Part shown: in pieces, positions 51,820-64,000 of the stretch
How positions within the stretch are numbered: position 1 is the stretch's first letter
How the letters are laid out: every line of letters begins with the position of its first letter
DNA from: the human T2T-CHM13v2.0 reference genome, Homo sapiens
DNA length: 64,000 nucleotides
Direction: 5' to 3' (one strand)
Assembly: GCF_009914755.1 (NCBI RefSeq)
Contig: NC_060925.1
Translations under genes and position numbers: made by a program
Notes under the pieces: generated by a model
What the model was told of the DNA's origin: nothing
The model's database searches: none
The model's input: the letters and a program-made list of their open reading frames with translations, nothing else

Positions 51820-52670
51820 CCTATAAAATATTCATCCACTTGAGCACCTATTTTAAGCCCCTACTAGATACAAAGAATATAAAGACAAATAAAATACAAT
51901 CTTGTTCTCAGAGAGCTTCCCACTGCAGTCAGAGACAGGCAAGCAAACAAGCATGTGTGATATGGAAGTGTGTACAGGTAGCTTCAGGAGTGAGCTATTT
52001 GTCCTTGAGGGAGGGACAACTGACTGTGCCTGGGGTAAGTAAGTGGGGAGATGACTCCTGAACTGAGTTTCAAAGATGAATTGAAGTTCTCCAGGCTGGT
52101 ACAGGGAGGAGAAGGCCTTCCAGGTATGTGAAGGGGCTTGAAAAAGCATGTTGTGTTTGAGGAACTAAAAGTAGGTCAGTATGACTAGAGCATGGTGTAG
52201 AGGTGTGGCCAGAATAAAGGCTAAACAGGTTATGAACAGGTTAGATAATGAAGGTTAAACCAGGAACAAAAGGTCTGTAATGCCATGCCTAAAAGTTTAG
52301 CTTTTAGACAGTATGAACAGAGCAGATGGGGTGTGGGGAGGGACTTTGTTAAGGAGAGCGATATGACCAGATACATGCTTGAGAAAGATTATTCTAGCAG
52401 CATATGAAGCATGGATTGGAAGGGGATTAGACTGGAGGCAGGAAGACCAGTTGTCTAAGTGGGAGATTATGGAAACCTGAACTAGGTCAATGGTAGTAAC
52501 AATGGAGAGGAGAGGATGGATTGGGAAAAGAGGCAAAGCTGACAGGGCTTGATGGATGATTAACCTTGAGGGGCGAGGGACAGTGGAGCCAATGTGACTC
52601 CAGTGACACCCACATTTCTGTACTGGTGAGTGATGGATTGTGATGCCATTCACCAAAATTAAGAATGCAG
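51820..52670 (-). mobile_element. L2 remnant
   Basis: ttgagcaccta...gaactgagtttcaaagatgaa...gaaagattattctagcagc...gatgccattcacc L2-type motifs. Confidence 0.7.
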
Positions 52671-52871
52671 GTCACTAATTCCAAATACAGACTCACTTTA
52701 GCTTGGTGCAAATTAATGTGTAGAATGAAAGATTTCTCCTTCCTAGCTCTCCCCGGTCTACTCATTGTCCAAATTGGAGTCACTTCTGGTGACTAAAGAG
52801 GTGGTCCCCAGGCTCAGCCTTTCTCTCCATTCTATTTCCAAACTGCTATCCCTACAGCACCCCAAACCTGA

Positions 52872-53109
<238 letters not shown>

Positions 53110-53187
53110 TAGCCAGGATGGTCTCGATCTCCTGACCTCGTGATCTGCCCGACTCGGCCTCCCAAAGTGCTGGGATTACAGGCGTGA

Positions 53188-53391
<204 letters not shown>

Positions 53392-54131
53392 TGACCCCCT
53401 TCAGGAATGCCAGATAATTCAACTATACCTAGAAGGGTAGAGCCTTATGAGAATATAGTAACTCCTTCAAACACAATATAGTTGGCATAGGGGAACACTT
53501 AGGAACTTCTAAGACAGGAGGTGTTATTGGACAGACAATATAATTTTGTGCTTACTATAGGCCCGAAGGATGGTTTTACCAGTGTTATTCAACCAGGGGA
53601 TTTATCATGATTGTCAGAATGGCCCAGAATCTCTTGGCATTTTGTGGATAAGACCAAGGTTGCTAAATGTCAGTGAGAAACATTACAATAGGCAAAGAGG
53701 AAAAGGAGAAGTATTTTAGGCAGAGAAAATAGAATGCGTAAAGTCATGGACACAGGAATAATAGTAAGATATTAAGGGAAATGTCCAACTAATGACTTTA
53801 GAGGGGACTAGTAGGTGATGATGGTAAGGAAAGTAGGGAATAAGATCTAAAGATTGTTTAAATTCAACTCAATAAGCATCTACAGAGTGTCTATTTGGAG
53901 CCTGAATATCTGCTAGACTCATGAGATATAAGAGAAAACAAAACAAGTTATCTTTCTCTGAGGATAAACTATCATTACAAATAACTAAATTGTGAAGTAG
54001 ATTGTGATGAGTGTTATAGAAAAGATATGAAATTTGTGCTCCAGAAGCACGATCATAGCAGACCTTGAATATGAAGAATAGAACTATAAGACATACAGTC
54101 ATTCATTCACCACACAAACCTTTATTGAACA

Positions 54132-55730
<1,599 letters not shown>

Positions 55731-56476
55731 AAAGACGCTCCCATCATGGGTTAGACATTGTTTGAATGAGGCCTTCCATATATATTATTTAGCTGACACA
55801 ACAAACCTATAGAGTGGGTAACTCTTACTATCCCCATTTTTATAAATGGAAACTGAGGTCCAGAGTAGGAGAGAGGGTTTATTATTCAGGATCACAGAGC
55901 TAATTAATAGCTTAGCTGGGATTTGAATCTCACCTCTCTAACTCCAATTCCAGTGCTCCTTTCACTCTTCCAGGATGCTTCTTTGCTGTATTTACAGATG
56001 CATGACCCTATTATCTTCTTAAAAGATAGATATCAACTCTTGTTAGGAATGCCAAGTTTTAAAAGGTGTTAGATATAAGAGTTCCCAATATAAGACTATG
56101 TATTTGATCAATAAGCCCAGATGCTACCAGTAATACTCAGAAAATCACCAAATGTAATGCCTGACACAATGATGCTATAATTTTTCCTTCTAATGGAACC
56201 AAATGAGACTTACATATTGTGACCATTAAATACGGTATTGTTATCACAACCTCTCTGCCATTTCTTATATCTACACGTCTGTATTGAGAGAGAAGGATAA
56301 ATGAATGCAAATGCCCTTCTTTTTTTCATTTTTTTCTTTTTGAAACAGGGTTGCCCAGGCTGTAGTGCAGTGGCACGATGTAGGCTCACTACAACCTCCA
56401 CCTCCTGGGCTCAAGCCTGCCTCCTGCCTCAGCCTCCCAAGTAGCTGAGACTACAGGTACGTACCACTACATCTGA

Positions 56477-56632
<156 letters not shown>

Positions 56633-57179
56633 TGAGTACATAATAGCTGTACATATTTATGGAGTACATGTGGTATTTTGAGACAAAAGTACAATGTGTA
56701 ATAATCAAATCAGGATAATTAAGTCTGTCATCTTGGTATTTGTCTTCTCTTTGTTTCATCTGTTTCTCCTTTCCTGCCTTTTTTGGGTGAACTTAATATT
56801 CCACATATTTTCTCTATTGATTTTTAGCTATATTTTGTTTTGTTTTGTTTTGTTTTTTTTGAAACAGAGTCTCACTCTCTTGCCCAGGCTGGAGAGCAGT
56901 GGCATAATCATGGCTCACTGCAGCCTCAACTTTCTGGGCTCAAGTGATCATCTTGGTTTAGCCTCCCAAAGTGCTGAGATTACAGCTGTGAACTACCGCA
57001 TCCGGCCTTACACTTCTTATAATAGCCATTTTAATTTCTCATAGTTGGCTGGACGCAGTGGCTCACAGCTGTAATCCCAGAACTTTGGGAGGCTGAGGCA
57101 CGAGGATCACTTGAGCCCAGGAGTTTGAGACCAGCCTGAGCAACATAGCTAGACCCTGTCTCTGAAAAAAAAACTTGCC

Positions 57180-58960
<1,781 letters not shown>

Positions 58961-59050
58961 TGGGTTGCCTGTGTGGGAGGATGGCTTGAAGCCAGGAGTT
59001 TAAGACCAGCTGGGCAATATAGTGAGACCCTATCTCTACAAAAAATTTTA

Positions 59051-59583
<533 letters not shown>

Positions 59584-59623
59584 CTACTTTATAGCTCAGC
59601 TGCTAAATTTGGGGATCACCTGA

Positions 59624-60393
<770 letters not shown>

Positions 60394-62245
60394 TAACAGA
60401 TGCATCCATAAGTAGATTAAGACTTTTTCCTTCATATCCCCAATAAGAAAAAAAGGAAATTGTAATAGAATTCACTATGGACCCACAGACTTTGTCCACT
60501 GGGAAAATCATGAAAATGAGAATGACCCTTCCTTCTAGTTGGTACCACAACTCAGACCAAGCGCTGAAGTACTCAGAGACTCTTCTGCAAGGGTGCAGGC
60601 ATCTCTATCACTAACCCCAACTACAAAGAAGCAATACGACCTCTGGGATTCAGAACTATTCAGATAGTGGAAGAATCTCATTTTTAAACAGAGGGCTAAA
60701 ATCAGTGAGGGTACTATCGAGATATGGTATAGGTGTTAAATATGTAGAAAATAAATAGTATATAAAAGCCTTTGATTGGTTTCTGAGACTTGGTATCCTA
60801 AAATTTCATCTTATGAATTAGACAAAACAAAATACAACCTAAGAAGAGAGGCAGCATAGATTAGGGGTTACGCACATGGACTCTGGAGTGACAGCCCCTT
60901 GCCCTAGGCTTGTATTTAACTCCTTTGTGCTTTGGTTTCTTTAGCTATAAATTGAAGATAATGGCAGTACCCCCTTCATAAGGTTATTGAAGATTATATA
61001 GTTAACCTATAATTATTTATTTTATAAATTAATAGACAAGCACATAGAATATTACTGGCTTATAACAAGCGTTATGAAAATGTTTTAAATTATTATCAGC
61101 ACTAACTTTGGCAGATTTAGAAACACCAGGATGTGTATACAATAATGTAAGTTAAGATTTGGGGCCCAGGGCCGGGCACAGTGGCTCATGCCTGCAATCC
61201 CAGCACTTTGGGAGGTCGAGGCGGGCGTATCACTTGAGGTCAGGAGTTCGAGATCAGCCTGGGCAACATGACAAAACTCCATCTCTACAAAAAATACAAA
61301 AATTAGCCAGATGCTGTTGTGCACGCCTGTAGTCCCAGCTACCTGGGAGGCTGAGGTGGAAGATCACTTGACCCTGAGGGGTCAGAGGTTGCAGTGAGCT
61401 GAGATGGCGACACTGCACTCCAGCGTGGGTGACAGAGAGGGACCTTGTCTCAAAAAAAAAAAGCTTTGTGGCCCAAATTGCCTTCACCCACTCCATACAC
61501 ACGTTCTCAGCCCAAAGTTTCCAAATATTTTCTCCATATAACTTAAAGATGACTTTTCCTAACTACCCTCACTTTAAGGACTTAATACAGTTGTACATAT
61601 ATTTCTGCTATGTGGATCTCAGACACATAAGGCTTGGCAACAGGGAGGAGACAACCTCAGTTGGCTCCTCGGGAAGTAGGACATGCCTCCACAGTCAGAT
61701 AGCTGGAAAACAGATGGATGGACCAGGCAGAAATGCTTCTGGACCATTTCTAGCCTCTGGGAAAAAGAAAACAAGGAATACTGTGGAGCTCCAGAAGTAC
61801 CAAGAACTCCAAGGAATGTGGCTTCTACAGGGAAGAGCTTATATCTTTCCTGAAATTGTGGTCCCAGAACTTTAAAAATTGCTGGATATTTGATAATCTG
61901 GATATTTGATTCCTCCTGTGAAGGAGGAACAACGGTGGTTTGAACACATATATTTATCTCCTTTCCTGGAGCCCCAGAAAAAATGAGAGCAAATGAATAA
62001 AACCAGAATAAACCCACAAGAACAAAGAGAGTGGGAGAAAAACATCAGAGGATGAGAAGATGGAAAGCTAAGTGGAAAAATCAGCTGTGGTGAGAAAGCT
62101 GTATACCAAGTGTCTGCAGAGGTGGTGCTCATGAGAAGCTAGCCATTTCCTGCCACAGAATTCCAGCTAGGCTCAAATACTAGGGGATCCAGGAACCCAG
62201 GAAGAAGAATGGGTGAAAGACAAGAGGATTGGTTGAAAGTCTCTA

Positions 62246-62601
<356 letters not shown>

Positions 62602-63782
62602 CTAGAACCTTTCAGGAGTCTGGCAGGAGTCTAGAGGTTTAGTCTGTGGAGCAACTGAACCAAAGGGGAGCCTTAAGAGAGAGAGCGAGCCACTGGAAGT
62701 CTACATATTGAACCATGAGACACACCCTTCTCTGTCCATTCCTACCCCAGCCCCCACAGTCTCCTTATCCTGGTGGCTAGGCTGCTCCCTCCCTAGGCAT
62801 GCAAATGGGGGAATTTTCAGGAGAAACTAAACAGCCCCAGAGAAATGACCTAAAGTTGGGGCTTCCATTATGAAAAGCTACCAACGGACAAACCTCATAC
62901 ATAGATACAGAATTCAAATCAGTCTTTTAATACCTACCTCTTTGATGTGAATGGACAAAAAAGGATCACCAGACTTTTAAGGAAAGCCCGAAAATAAATG
63001 AGGGAGACGAAAAGAAAAAGAAAAAGAAAAAGACTAATAGAACATGTAACTCCCTTTGTTTCTGGGGTTTCCCACACTCTTCTCTTCCTTCTACCTCCCT
63101 GGCTGATCCTCTCCAATCACCTTTGCTGGATCTCCCTCACCTCCTTGACCTTTACATGTTGCAATGCCCAGGACACAAGGACCTCTTCTTTTCTCCATCT
63201 ACACTCACTCTTTTAGTAAGCTTATCAGCCTCGTGGCCCTAAATATTCTTTATATGCAGTTGACTCCCAAATGTATATTTTTAGAGCAATTTATCTTCTG
63301 ACTCCAGACTGTATATCTCTATGCGTACTCAGCCTCTCCACTTGGTGACCTTACAGGCACCTCAAAACTAATGTGTTCAAAATATATTACTGGCCGGGAG
63401 TGGTGGCTCATGCCTGTAATCAATCCCAGCACTTTGGGAGGCCAAGGTGGGCAGATCACCTGAGGTCAGGAGTTCGACACCCGTCTGGCCAACATGGTGA
63501 AACCCCGTCTCTACTAAAAATACAAAAATTAGCCCGGTGTGGCGGTGCATGCCTGTAATCCCAGATACTTGGGGGAGCTGAGGCAGGTGAATGCTTGAAC
63601 TTGGGAGGCAGAGGTTGTAGTGAGCTGAGATCATGCCACTACACTTCAGCCTGGGCGACAGAGTAACACACTGTGTCAAAACAAAACAAAACAAAAACCC
63701 AAAATATATTACCAATCTTCTCTCCAAGAATCTGTATCTACTAAAGTCTCCCTCATCTTAATAAATGTCAACTTATTAATAA

Positions 63783-63900
<118 letters not shown>

Positions 63901-64000
63901 TAGCTGGGATTACAGGCACACAGCACCATACCTGGCTAATTTTTTTGTATTTTTAGTAGAGATGGGGTTTCACCATGTTGGCCAGGCTGGTCTCGAACTC

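Noticed and set aside
60477-60614. 45-codon ATG ORF (MDPQTLSTGK...) in unique sequence with a downstream AATAAA
   Set aside because: No recognisable homology, promoter or retrocopy hallmarks; length expected by chance

Overview
Human (or very close great-ape) genomic DNA, very Alu-rich, containing the complete CLSPN (Claspin) gene on the minus strand. I reconstructed 25 coding exons from the ATG at 44794 to the TAA at 11429-11431. Their lengths sum to 4020 nt (1339 aa plus stop) with consistent phases. The gene has a CpG-island E2F/NF-Y promoter at about 44.1-45.3 kb and a long Alu-containing 3' UTR with several poly(A) signals down to about 7.06 kb. The ~19 kb upstream is mostly Alu/L1/L2/MaLR. 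The first ~4.5 kb is repeat-poor, regulatory-looking sequence with a strong CTCF motif. Most ORF-track entries are Alu or GC-rich artefacts. I cannot support a novel multi-gene system. The best leads are RNA-level and mutational. Intron 10 combines a perfect 27-bp hairpin with two poor splice sites. An inverted Alu pair symmetrically brackets exons 11-14 (circRNA geometry). Poly(A)-site choice determines whether the 3' UTR forms inverted-Alu dsRNA. Intron 4 is GC-AG. A 76-bp templated insertion sits inside an Alu. Two codons (D6, S525) differ from the canonical protein as I recall it. Repeat subfamily calls and boundaries are by eye and approximate.
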